Positions 20,107 to 29,049 of a DNA stretch of 64,000 nt are shown here, piece after piece. A program made the position numbers and the translations under genes. Source of the DNA: Erysipelotrichaceae bacterium (GTDB taxonomy: Bacteria > Bacillota_I > Bacilli_A > Erysipelotrichales > Erysipelotrichaceae); NCBI GenBank assembly GCA_022780745.1, contig JALEVB010000018.1, positions 2,240 through 66,239 of the forward strand. The letters are read 5' to 3'. Numbering within the stretch: position 1 is the first letter of the stretch; every line of letters starts with the position of its first letter. A model generated the notes under the pieces. It was not told the origin of the DNA and did not search any database. It saw only the letters and a program-made list of their open reading frames with translations.

Positions 20107-22251
20107 TCATTTATTAAATCTCGATATAAGCGTTGTTTGACGAATATGACGATCATTAGTAGTAACAGCCTTATTAAATACTTCTTTTTCACCGATAATG
20201 ATCAAAGAACTTTTAGCACGTGTTATAGCAGTATATATTAACTTTTTATGCATCATGATCATATGTTCTTTAAATACTGGAACAATAACGATAGGATATT
20301 CATTACCTTGCGATTTATGTATTGATATACAATAAGCATGCGTAATATTCTCTATATTATCATTAGTATATTCAACAAATATACCATCAAAATTAGCAAT
20401 TATATGATATTGACCATCAATTTCATCTGGTAAAACGATCTCTTCTATTATTCCAATATCACCATTATAAACATCATCATCGATCTGATTTTTAAGCTGT
20501 AGTATCTTATCATGCTCCCTAAAGATCTGATAACCATATCTGATCTCTTTTTTATTTATATCATAAGGATTATAAGCATTTTGTAAGGCATTATTTAAAT
20601 TATCGATACCACTTAATCCTTTATACATACTTGATAGAACCTGGATATCATTTAAGTCATAACCTTTATCTATAGCTTTATTAACAATATTTACTACGAT
20701 ATCCTTCACCTGAAATTTATTGCATTCAACAAATAATAAGCCATTATGATAATTTTGAAAATCAACATTATTATTGATAATATCATAAGCCAGATTAATA
20801 ATATCACTACCGATCTGCTGACGATAGATATGATCAAGTCTTATTACAGGACAAATATCAGCATTTATCAGATCATGCAATAAGGCACCACAGCTAACAG
20901 AAGGTAACTGATTTTCATCACCGATGATACATATTTTCTTTACATTGATACTAGCAGCTAATAAATTATAAAATAACCAGTTATCTACCATTGAAAACTC
21001 ATCAATGATCAATACATCTACATCTAACGGCTCTTTTTCATTCTTGCCAAAAGTGTTAGTCTCAAGATTCCATGCTAATAAGGAATGAATCGTACTGGCT
21101 TTAACATCACATATCATCGACATTCTTTTGCTTGCTCTGCCAGTTGGTGCAATACAGACTAAGGAATTAGATGGATATAGTTTTTTAAACATTTCACATA
21201 ACGCTTTAACAATAGTAGTCTTACCAGTACCAGGACCTCCAGTAATGATCATAAGATCATTTTTAAAGAATGTATGAATGGCCTCTAATTGTTTATCATT
21301 ATAGGTAATTTCTTGCTGCAGTTTATCTAAAGTGACATTATATATCGTTTTATCGTATGGATCTAATTGATAATATGGAAAACTTTCCAGAAATGATGCT
21401 ATCTTTGTTTCTGCTTTATATTGTGAGACATGATATATCCTGTCTTCTTCCTGTACCAAATGATAATCTAATAAACTTTTTTGTAATACATTATCAAAAT
21501 CATTACTATTAGTTTCTTTGATAAACTTTTCTTTTAAGACATCTAACATGACATAAGTATCTTTTGTATTCATGCATATCTGCATGCATAAAGACACTAA
21601 CAATGCTTCCAGTCTTCTTTCATCCTGCATATCAAAACCTAGATATGAAGCTAATTTATCACAGGTTTTAAAGCCAATACCATCACATTCATATACTAAA
21701 CGGTATGGATTTTCACTTACTTTCGCAATAGCATCCTTACCATAAGTCATATTTAAACGCATGATATTTCTTTGACTTAATCCATGAATACTAAAAAACT
21801 GAATAGTTTTTTCCATGATATCATCCATGTTTTCAAAGCCATTGACAATTGCCTGTTTCTTTTTAGCATTGATAGAAGCTACCTGATCTAAGATATCATA
21901 GTCGTCTTTGATCTTATCTATACAATCAATACCTAAGGTATCAACGATATCTTTAGCTATCTTTTTACCTATACCAGCAAACTGTGGTCCACTAAGGTAT
22001 TTAATAATACCATCATTATCATCTGGCATACATCTGGCATATGATGATACCTTAAACTGCATACCATACTTAGGATGTTCGATATATTCTCCTTGTAAGC
22101 TATATTTAAACTCTTTAGACAAAGAAGAAAGAATACCCGTAGCAATTATATGCTTCTCATTCAAAGTGTCCAATTTAAAAGAAATAACGGCATAACCATT
22201 ACTATCATTGGCAAAGATCGTATGTGCTAATTTACCAGTTATTTCCTTCAT
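20107..22251 (-). CDS. recD2: RecD2-type ATP-dependent DNA helicase (RecD/TraA family)
   Basis: 714 aa. Walker A ITGGPGTGKTT, Walker B LIIDEFSMV, HhH-containing N-terminal half. Lies downstream of mnmA as yrrC does in B. subtilis. Confidence 0.85.
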   Translation of the reverse strand: MKEITGKLAHTIFANDSNGYAVISFKLDTLNEKHIIATGILSSLSKEFKYSLQGEYIEHPKYGMQFKVSSYARCMPDDNDGIIKYLSGPQFAGIGKKIAKDIVDTLGIDCIDKIKDDYDILDQVASINAKKKQAIVNGFENMDDIMEKTIQFFSIHGLSQRNIMRLNMTYGKDAIAKVSENPYRLVYECDGIGFKTCDKLASYLGFDMQDERRLEALLVSLCMQICMNTKDTYVMLDVLKEKFIKETNSNDFDNVLQKSLLDYHLVQEEDRIYHVSQYKAETKIASFLESFPYYQLDPYDKTIYNVTLDKLQQEITYNDKQLEAIHTFFKNDLMIITGGPGTGKTTIVKALCEMFKKLYPSNSLVCIAPTGRASKRMSMICDVKASTIHSLLAWNLETNTFGKNEKEPLDVDVLIIDEFSMVDNWLFYNLLAASINVKKICIIGDENQLPSVSCGALLHDLINADICPVIRLDHIYRQQIGSDIINLAYDIINNNVDFQNYHNGLLFVECNKFQVKDIVVNIVNKAIDKGYDLNDIQVLSSMYKGLSGIDNLNNALQNAYNPYDINKKEIRYGYQIFREHDKILQLKNQIDDDVYNGDIGIIEEIVLPDEIDGQYHIIANFDGIFVEYTNDNIENITHAYCISIHKSQGNEYPIVIVPVFKEHMIMMHKKLIYTAITRAKSSLIIIGEKEVFNKAVTTNDRHIRQTTLISRFNK

Positions 22252-22928
22252 AATAACAATAGTACTCCTAATAAATTATTTAACATATGTAATAAAATAC
22301 AAGTTATAAAATTATCCTGCAGATAATATACACGACATATTATCATACCCATACCCATATAAGTTAACAAGTATAAACAATCCAAATAACTCTTCATTAA
22401 TATTGAATCATAAACATGTAACAAACCAAAACAGAAAGAACTGATCAAACAAGAAACAACAAAATGATCTCCTTTTTGTAGATTTCTAAAAATGCCTAAA
22501 CGAAATATACTCTCTTCAACTATTGGTCCAAAAAAGATACTAGCAAAAATAGTTGAATATTTCGCTAAACCTATGGCATCTTCTATAGCTTTTTGATTAT
22601 TGCTATTTAGAAGATCAAAGAAACTATATAAGATCATATTCATACTTATAACAAAGATCAGCATCAATAAATAGTTTTTAAATACCGCTAGTATATTTTT
22701 AGGTAAATTGTTAATGAATCTTTTACCATCACTAAACAATATATCCTTGATTATTATTACAGTAAATAATGTATAAGCTATATAAAATATCAGCAATACA
22801 AGATCTTTATTTAAGCTAAATTTATCAATCAGCCAATTTAAAAGAATAGGATATAAATATAAATATCCTATTAAGTAATTCATAATCAGTAATATAGCTT
22901 TTTTAATATCTAATCTTTTACTTTGCAT
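22248..22928 (-). CDS. CPBP (CAAX/Abi) family intramembrane metalloprotease
   Basis: Polytopic membrane protein with motifs EESIFRLGIF, FGLLHV and HMLNN. ATGA-type overlaps with mnmA and recD2. Confidence 0.75.
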   Translation of the reverse strand: MQSKRLDIKKAILLIMNYLIGYLYLYPILLNWLIDKFSLNKDLVLLIFYIAYTLFTVIIIKDILFSDGKRFINNLPKNILAVFKNYLLMLIFVISMNMILYSFFDLLNSNNQKAIEDAIGLAKYSTIFASIFFGPIVEESIFRLGIFRNLQKGDHFVVSCLISSFCFGLLHVYDSILMKSYLDCLYLLTYMGMGMIICRVYYLQDNFITCILLHMLNNLLGVLLLL

Positions 22929-24060
22929 TTAATTTCTCTTTGATAAATTCATCCATATCTACATTATTGCGATAAACCTTGTCAATAACTCCTCCACCTA
23001 AACATATATCATTTAAATAGAAAACAGCTTCCTGACCACAGGTAACAGCTTTGACCAATTGTGGATATGTCAATAATACCGTATTATCATTGATCTTTTT
23101 AATATGTACAGGATTATCTTTTTGACGATATCTAAATTTACAGCAAGCATCGATCTCATCTTCAATATCATACAACCAGTTAACATCAGTAACTAAACAG
23201 CTATCACTTTTTAGATAATTATTATCATCACCACTAGCAACATATAATTCATTTTTGATAACATCTTTACCAACAACAAACCAAGGGCCACCTTCTCCAC
23301 CAATATCTAGGCCTTTTCTTTGTCCAATGGTATAAAATAGAACTCCCTGATGCTGTTTTAATACTTTATGAGTTTCTATATCAATAATATTTCCACTTTT
23401 GGCTGGTAAATAATTCTGTAGAAATTTTCTAAAATCTCTTTCACCAATAAAACAAACCCCAGTACTATCTTTCTTTTTGGCTATTGTTAATTGCAGTTTA
23501 TCAGCTAAACGTCTAACCTCAGGCTTATCAATATCTCCTAAAGGAAATAATGTATAGTCTAAAGCTTCTTTCGATATCTGACATAAGAAATATGTCTGAT
23601 CTTTATTTAGATCACTAGCCTTAAGCATAACTGCTTTATTATTTATATATGCTTTTTTTGCATAATGTCCCGTTGCAATTTTATCAAAACCTTTTGCTTT
23701 AGCAAAATTTAAAAAACTATCAAATTTTATATATTTATTACATAAAATATCAGGATTAGGTGTTCTGCCACGATTATATTCTTTTAAAAATGTATCAAAT
23801 ACGTTATCCCAGTATTCTTTGACATAATCGACTCTTAATAGCTCTAAACCTAAACTTTTAGCAACACTTAATGCATCCATATAATCCTGTTCTTGTGGAC
23901 ATACATCATCATTGATCGTAGGATTGCCTAAAAAGTCATTATTAGCCATTGAATCCCAGTTACGCATAAAGCAACAGGTAACTTCATGTCCCTGTTCCTT
24001 AAGTAAATATGCTGCTATAGCTGAATCGACTCCACCTGATAAGCCAACTAAAATTTTCAT
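22918..24060 (-). CDS. mnmA: tRNA 2-thiouridine(34) synthase MnmA
   Basis: PP-loop VGLSGGVDSAIAAYLL, NPDILCNKYIKF and TGHYA blocks. Confidence 0.95.
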   Translation of the reverse strand: MKILVGLSGGVDSAIAAYLLKEQGHEVTCCFMRNWDSMANNDFLGNPTINDDVCPQEQDYMDALSVAKSLGLELLRVDYVKEYWDNVFDTFLKEYNRGRTPNPDILCNKYIKFDSFLNFAKAKGFDKIATGHYAKKAYINNKAVMLKASDLNKDQTYFLCQISKEALDYTLFPLGDIDKPEVRRLADKLQLTIAKKKDSTGVCFIGERDFRKFLQNYLPAKSGNIIDIETHKVLKQHQGVLFYTIGQRKGLDIGGEGGPWFVVGKDVIKNELYVASGDDNNYLKSDSCLVTDVNWLYDIEDEIDACCKFRYRQKDNPVHIKKINDNTVLLTYPQLVKAVTCGQEAVFYLNDICLGGGVIDKVYRNNVDMDEFIKEKLNAK

Positions 24061-24079
24061 AAGTATTTCTCCCTATAAA

Positions 24080-24104
24080 AAACTAAACATAAATTGTTTA
24101 GTTT
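24080..24104 (-). terminator. hairpin/terminator between spx-like gene and mnmA
   Basis: 10-bp stem aaactaaaca / tgtttagttt with a 5-nt loop, overlapping the spx stop codon. On the minus strand it is followed by a short U run, then the mnmA RBS. Confidence 0.45.
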
Positions 24105-24523
24105 CTAACTTTCTGACAACCTTCCCAATTAGGGCACTCTTTGTTGCATACATTACTTGCTAATTTTCTTAATTCATCTGGAATAAAAGCATCTATTTCT
24201 TCTTCGTCAAACCCTACTTGGAAATTCTTCTCATCTAATATTATTGGTCTTTTTAAAACACTTGGATTCTTTCTAACAAAATCAACTAATTGAGTAATTG
24301 ACATTGAATCCAAGTCAATTTTACTCTCTTGAATTATTTTTGATCTTTTTGAAATAATATCCTCTGTTCCATTTTCACTTCTTTGAAGCAAATGAGTAAT
24401 TTCTGTTTCATTTAGTAAGGTAGTAAAAATATTCTTCTCGATAAATTTTAAATCATGATCCTTTAGCCATTTTTTTACCTTTCGGCAACTTGCACAGCCA
24501 GGAGATGTATAAACTACGATCAT
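24098..24523 (-). CDS. spx: Spx/MgsR (ArsC-fold) family transcriptional regulator with a Cys-containing C-terminal extension
   Basis: MIVVYTSPGCASCRKVKKWLKDH with the CxxC redox motif, and LKRPIILDE. It is 141 aa, about 10 aa longer than classical Spx. Confidence 0.8.
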   Translation of the reverse strand: MIVVYTSPGCASCRKVKKWLKDHDLKFIEKNIFTTLLNETEITHLLQRSENGTEDIISKRSKIIQESKIDLDSMSITQLVDFVRKNPSVLKRPIILDEKNFQVGFDEEEIDAFIPDELRKLASNVCNKECPNWEGCQKVRN

Positions 24524-24570
24524 ATTTGTACCTCCTTATGACATCAATATTATAGCACGAAAATAATATC

Positions 24571-24838
24571 TTGCATTATTTAATATATTATGTTTAAATA
24601 ATCCTAAGAGCATTAAAACAAAAAATGAGTAGATAAAAAGTAAATAAATGACAGAAAGATAATAACTGATGAGAATTATCATTTACTTCTTATTGAATTG
24701 GGTTTTTGTAAAGCTTAAAATAGCATTAGTTATTTTCGGCTATAGACCGTTATCTATAAGATGATTCTTTTTAAAGATCAATTAGGGTGGTACCACGTAT
24801 TAATTACGTCCCTTGCAATGGTGCTTTTTTTATTTTAG
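24571..24838 (+). promoter_or_regulatory. promoter plus T-box riboswitch (Trp) controlling trpS
   Basis: -35 TTGCAT (24571-24576) and a candidate extended -10 TGtTTAAAT. UGG triplet at 24709-24711 in a GAA-containing loop. T-box core TTAGGGTGGTACCACG at 24782-24797, with an inner antiterminator helix ACGTA/TACGT. GGTACCA can alternatively pair with TGGTGC just before the T7 run at 24826-24832. Confidence 0.8.
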
Positions 24839-24855
24839 GAGGTATTATTAATTAT

Positions 24856-25842
24856 ATGAAAAGAATGGTTAGTGGCATTAAGCCTACTGGTCAGCTTCAT
24901 TTAGGAAGTTACCTTGGAGCATTAAAACATTTTGTTGAGTATCAGAATGAATATGATATGTATATATTCGTTGCTAACTTGCATTGTATTACTGTTTACC
25001 AAAAGCCAGAAGAATTAAAGAAAAATCTAATTGATTGTATAGCTTTATATATTGCCTGTGGTTTAGATCCAAAGCGCACAACTATATTTTTACAAAGCGA
25101 TGTTAAGGAACATGCCCAACTTGGCTGGATCATGAATTGTAATACTTATCTTGGTGAATTAAATCGTATGACGCAATTCAAAGATAAACAAGCTAAAGGT
25201 GAACAAGGATTAACTGGTGGTATTTATACCTATCCTTCTTTGATGAGTGCTGATATCTTGTTATATGATGCTGACTATGTACCTGTTGGTGATGATCAGA
25301 AACAGCATGTTGAATTATGTCGTGATGTTGCAATGCGCTTTAATAATCGTTATGGTGATACCTTTATCGTACCTGAACCATTAATTGCTAAAGTTGGAGC
25401 TAGAATCATGTCATTGAACGATCCAACCAAAAAGATGAGCAAATCAGATAATAATGATAAAGGATGTATCTACCTATTGGACGATCTAAAGAAAGTTAGA
25501 AAAAAGATCATGTCTGCTAAAACCGATGATGTTGCGAAAGTACAATATGATCCTATCAATCAACCTGGTATTGCTAATCTTATGCAGATAGCTAGTGCAT
25601 TTACTAATGAATCATTTGATGAACTAACTGCTAAATTTGATGGTAAAGGTTATGGTGATTTCAAAAAGTATGTTGCAGATATCGTATGTGCTGAATTAGA
25701 AGTCATTCAAAGTCGTTATCATGATATCGTTGATAGTGGTATGATCAATACTATTCTAGAAAATGGTGCAATCAAAGCAACTGCAATCGCTAAAGCTAAA
25801 CTAGATGAAGTTCAAAGAAAAATTGGAATTGAAGTAAAATAA
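24856..25842 (+). CDS. trpS: tryptophan--tRNA ligase (start moved to ATG 24856)
   Basis: MKRMVSGIKPTGQLHLGSYLGAL (HIGH-type motif) and KMSKS. AGGAGG RBS at 24837-24842. The ORF-track GTG start lies inside the T-box core. Confidence 0.95.
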   Translation: MKRMVSGIKPTGQLHLGSYLGALKHFVEYQNEYDMYIFVANLHCITVYQKPEELKKNLIDCIALYIACGLDPKRTTIFLQSDVKEHAQLGWIMNCNTYLGELNRMTQFKDKQAKGEQGLTGGIYTYPSLMSADILLYDADYVPVGDDQKQHVELCRDVAMRFNNRYGDTFIVPEPLIAKVGARIMSLNDPTKKMSKSDNNDKGCIYLLDDLKKVRKKIMSAKTDDVAKVQYDPINQPGIANLMQIASAFTNESFDELTAKFDGKGYGDFKKYVADIVCAELEVIQSRYHDIVDSGMINTILENGAIKATAIAKAKLDEVQRKIGIEVK

Positions 25843-25863
25843 AACAATTTATCTAAAAAATTT

Positions 25864-25896
25864 ATCCTCTCTATAACAACTGGTTATAGAGAGGAT
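25864..25896. terminator. intrinsic terminator after trpS, possibly bidirectional (also ends the yitT unit)
   Basis: 14-bp perfect stem atcctctctataac / gttatagagaggat with a 5-nt loop. ATTTTAT follows on the plus strand and an A run precedes it. Confidence 0.7.
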
Positions 25897-25943
25897 ATTT
25901 TATAGTTTAAGAGTAATATAATTAATTATTATCATTTTCTTCA

Positions 25944-26801
25944 TTAATCTAATGGTTTCTGATAATAATTACCAACGATCTGATCGCAGCTAGATACACT
26001 AATAAATACTTTAGGATCTACTTGTTTTATGGCCTCTACTACCCCTTTTAACTGATAAGTATTAATGGTCATAAATAATAGATTATTTTTATGATGTTTG
26101 AATTCACCTTCAGCATCGATCTTTGTAATACCATGACGAAACTGCTTAAATATGGCTTTTGATACTTCTTCAGGTTTTTCAGTAATAATAAATAAATTAG
26201 ATAGTTTATAACGTTTATGTAAAGTATTAATTACCTGTGTACTACAGAACTGAAAGATGATAGAATACAAAGCCTGATTCCATCCAAATAAAAATCCGGC
26301 AACTATTAAGATGATGGCATTTAAGCACATAACATAGTTCCATGTTGGCTTGTTATATTTCATACTAGCTACGATAGCAATAAAATCTGTACCGCCACTA
26401 CTAGCATTATTTCTTAATGCAATTCCTATTGCTAAACCATTCAAAATACCACCAAATACTGATATTAATAACATATCTGAAGTTAATGATATTGCAGGAA
26501 AGATATTAGTAAAAATTGAAGTCAGAGTAAACCATAGTATTGATAATGCCAGAAACTTTTTACCAATATATTTAAAAACAACAATAGTTAATAAAATATT
26601 TAAAGTAAAATAGATATAACCAAAACTAATATTAATATTTGTAAACTCAAACAAAATTCTAGAAATCAATCTAGATAACCCAGCAAATCCACCTGGAAAA
26701 AGGTTTCCACTTGAAACAAAAGTATTAAAGCCAATAGTATATATGATCGTAGCTATTGTAACCATCAATACTTTATTAATATCTTCTTTTTCAATCTTCA
26801 C
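25944..26801 (-). CDS. YitT-family membrane protein (DUF2179 C-terminal domain)
   Basis: 285 aa. Several TM helices with a GG..G motif, then a soluble C-terminal domain ITKIDAEGEF...V. Typical YitT/YpjC layout. Confidence 0.75.
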   Translation of the reverse strand: MKIEKEDINKVLMVTIATIIYTIGFNTFVSSGNLFPGGFAGLSRLISRILFEFTNINISFGYIYFTLNILLTIVVFKYIGKKFLALSILWFTLTSIFTNIFPAISLTSDMLLISVFGGILNGLAIGIALRNNASSGGTDFIAIVASMKYNKPTWNYVMCLNAIILIVAGFLFGWNQALYSIIFQFCSTQVINTLHKRYKLSNLFIITEKPEEVSKAIFKQFRHGITKIDAEGEFKHHKNNLLFMTINTYQLKGVVEAIKQVDPKVFISVSSCDQIVGNYYQKPLD

Positions 26802-27895
26802 ACATGCTCCCCCTTAAGATCTACATTAGATATTCTTTCAAATTTATTAATCATTTTATCAGTTGTAATACATAGAGACTGCATATCTTTATATAATTTA
26901 TCAAAATCTTTATATACATTCTGATATCGTTGATTAAAGCGATCAAATTCATCAGCTAGTTTGTCATATTCTATAGCTAATTCTTTCATTTTTTTGTCTC
27001 TTTTCTGTTCTAACATCAAAGATTTTAATGCAGTGATATAAGCCATTAAAGTTGTAGCTGACACGATATAAACATGGTTTTTATATGAATATTCAATTAC
27101 ATCATTAAATGTTGCATAGATATAAGCAAAAACAGCTTCAGCTGGAACAAACATATATGCAATATTCATCGTTTCATTACTAATGATATATTTTGAGGCA
27201 ATGGCCTTTATATGTTTTTGAACATCTTTTTTAAACTCATTCTGGTAGTATTTGACCATTTGTTCGTTATTTTCATGATCAAAGATATTATTATAGTTTT
27301 CTAAAGGAAATTTTGAATCTATTACTAATAACTGACCATTTATACTAATTACTGCATCAGCAATACTGCCATTACTTAGTTTATATTGCTTTGCAAACAT
27401 GTATTCATTATCACCAAAAACATTTTCTAATAAATTATATAGTTCCAGTTCACCATAAATACCGCGTGATTTTTTATCAGATAATACATTTTGTAATTTA
27501 TTGATATCTTTAGATATCTCTTTGATATTTTGTTGTGTCTCTTCAATTTTTGTTATCTGATTCATCATATTCATAAATGATTCATTAGTGTAACGATAAT
27601 TATAATTTAAACTATCAGTTACACTATTTTCGATCTTATCTAACCTATTAAAAGTATTTTCGTTAAGATAGTTTAGATCCTGTTTAATACTAGAAGCCAT
27701 CATATTTTGAAACTGTAATAAAGTATTTGCGATATCTTCTTTTAAATCATTGATTTGTGCTAAATTATCTTTTTGCCTATTATTTATCATATCCTTAATA
27801 AACATCTGCTGTTTAACATTATTCTGACTAATGATAAGCAAGATAATAACAAAACAAATAACAATAACTAATAATATCCAGATTATTTCCATCAT
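26798..27895 (-). CDS. rmuC: DNA recombination protein RmuC
   Basis: N-terminal TM helix and long coiled coil, then the nuclease-like block GIYGELELYNLLE...ADAVI...LVIDSKFPLENY. Confidence 0.8.
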   Translation of the reverse strand: MMEIIWILLVIVICFVIILLIISQNNVKQQMFIKDMINNRQKDNLAQINDLKEDIANTLLQFQNMMASSIKQDLNYLNENTFNRLDKIENSVTDSLNYNYRYTNESFMNMMNQITKIEETQQNIKEISKDINKLQNVLSDKKSRGIYGELELYNLLENVFGDNEYMFAKQYKLSNGSIADAVISINGQLLVIDSKFPLENYNNIFDHENNEQMVKYYQNEFKKDVQKHIKAIASKYIISNETMNIAYMFVPAEAVFAYIYATFNDVIEYSYKNHVYIVSATTLMAYITALKSLMLEQKRDKKMKELAIEYDKLADEFDRFNQRYQNVYKDFDKLYKDMQSLCITTDKMINKFERISNVDLKGEHV

Positions 27896-28377
27896 AGTCC
27901 TTCACCTAATAAATACTTTTGCTTATATAATAATTTCAAATACATGTTTACTCTATTCATTTGTTTATGCATAACATGATAACTTATATCAACTGTTTCA
28001 TTTTTGCCATTGATAAAAGTTATTTTTGTCTTATTATCAGCTTTTTTGATATCAAATATATTATGAAAATTAACATATATACATTCATCATTACTAATGC
28101 TTAATGAAGGAATAAGAATACAATTACTAGTTACATATATAGGACACTTTTGACTGATATTCAGAATACTCTTAAAAGCATCCATTCTTCCTTCAATGGT
28201 TGAACCATTCATAAGACACCACAATGAAATAACCTTAAATGGTTTATCATTATATTCAATAATTTTATCATTTAAGGTTTTTACATAAGTTATATTAAGT
28301 TTTTTATCATATCTAATGGTTACAACATTGTTCACAGGTATCACTATCCATGTCACATTGACAGCTGTTTTCATCAT
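27892..28377 (-). CDS. comK: ComK-family competence transcription factor (start placed at first ATG, 28377)
   Basis: KPFKVISLWCLMNGSTIEGRMDAF...ISQKCPIYV...ILIPSLS...CIYVNFHNI...KITFINGKNETVDISYHVMHKQMNR parallels S. aureus and B. subtilis ComK block for block. GGTGG lies 8 nt upstream of the ATG. Confidence 0.75.
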   Translation of the reverse strand: MMKTAVNVTWIVIPVNNVVTIRYDKKLNITYVKTLNDKIIEYNDKPFKVISLWCLMNGSTIEGRMDAFKSILNISQKCPIYVTSNCILIPSLSISNDECIYVNFHNIFDIKKADNKTKITFINGKNETVDISYHVMHKQMNRVNMYLKLLYKQKYLLGEGL

Positions 28378-28798
28378 TACAATTACCACCACAGCAGCCC
28401 TGTATATTTTCTAATGCTAATGTATCAATAGCGAAACATTCTATTTCTACTTTTGCCCCTTTTGGTAAGGCTTTAACTTCTACACAGCTTCTTGCTGGAT
28501 ATGGTTCACTAAAAAACTGGCCATATACTTCATTCATACGACTAAATTCTGATAGATCACTCATATAAATAGTTGTCTTAACAACATGTCTTGGCTCAAG
28601 AAACATTTCAGCTAATAAAGCTTCAATATTAGCTAATGACTGTTTAGTTTGTTCCTCAATGGTTTCAGGCATATTGCCTGAAGAAGCATCAATTGGTAAC
28701 TGACCAGAAATATATACAAAATCTCCTAACTTCATGGCACATGAATAAGGCCCAATAGCTTTAGGAGCATTACAGCTCGAAATTGCTTTTCTAAACAT
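28313..28798 (-). CDS. ridA: RidA/YjgF-family deaminase with a 37-aa cysteine-rich C-terminal tail
   Basis: APKAIGPYS, SGQLP and PARSCVEVKALPKGAKVEIE match the YabJ/RidA core, which normally ends there. The tail is TLALENIQGCCGGNCNDENSCQCDMDSDTCEQCCNH. Confidence 0.85.
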   Translation of the reverse strand: MFRKAISSCNAPKAIGPYSCAMKLGDFVYISGQLPIDASSGNMPETIEEQTKQSLANIEALLAEMFLEPRHVVKTTIYMSDLSEFSRMNEVYGQFFSEPYPARSCVEVKALPKGAKVEIECFAIDTLALENIQGCCGGNCNDENSCQCDMDSDTCEQCCNH

Positions 28799-28865
28799 AA
28801 AAAATATCCTCCATTTTTATAAATACATCTTATTACAATTTATAAGGAATTTTCAACCAATATGC

Positions 28866-29042
28866 TTATTCATATCCATCTTCTTCATCACTATCATCAC
28901 TAAAATTATAATACTCGTCTTCCATTAATTCGATCTTTTTAGCATGATGTATTGAAAAAATACTAAATGCATAATATATACAACCTATTAAGATAAGTAC
29001 TAGGGTTGCAAAGGATAAAAAATCATTCAAATTTTCAATCAT
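28866..29042 (-). CDS. possible 58-aa small membrane protein with acidic tail
   Basis: Own translation: MIENLNDFLSFATLVLILIGCIYYAFSIFSIHHAKKIELMEDEYYNFSDDSDEEDGYE. It is below the ORF-track cutoff and fills an otherwise empty 250-nt gap. I see no strong RBS. Confidence 0.3.
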   Translation of the reverse strand: MIENLNDFLSFATLVLILIGCIYYAFSIFSIHHAKKIELMEDEYYNFSDDSDEEDGYE

Positions 29043-29049
29043 AATTCAC

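Noticed and set aside
24571-24600. dif-like string AATATATTATGT resembling the centre and XerD arm of the Bacillota dif site
   Set aside because: Only the TTATGT core matches. The left arm and the end of the right arm do not fit the ACT..TA.AA / TTATGTWAACT consensus. There is no switch of gene-strand bias here. The sequence is better explained as the trpS promoter spacer.
24787-24855. N-terminal 23-codon extension of trpS in the ORF track (GTG start)
   Set aside because: The GTG lies inside the T-box core GGGTGGTACCACG and the extension spans the terminator U run. The real start is the ATG at 24856, preceded by AGGAGG.
28378-28392. GTG start for comK given by the ORF track
   Set aside because: No SD precedes it. 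The tandem ATG codons at 28377 and 28374 follow a GGTGG motif at suitable spacing. The difference is only 5-6 codons.
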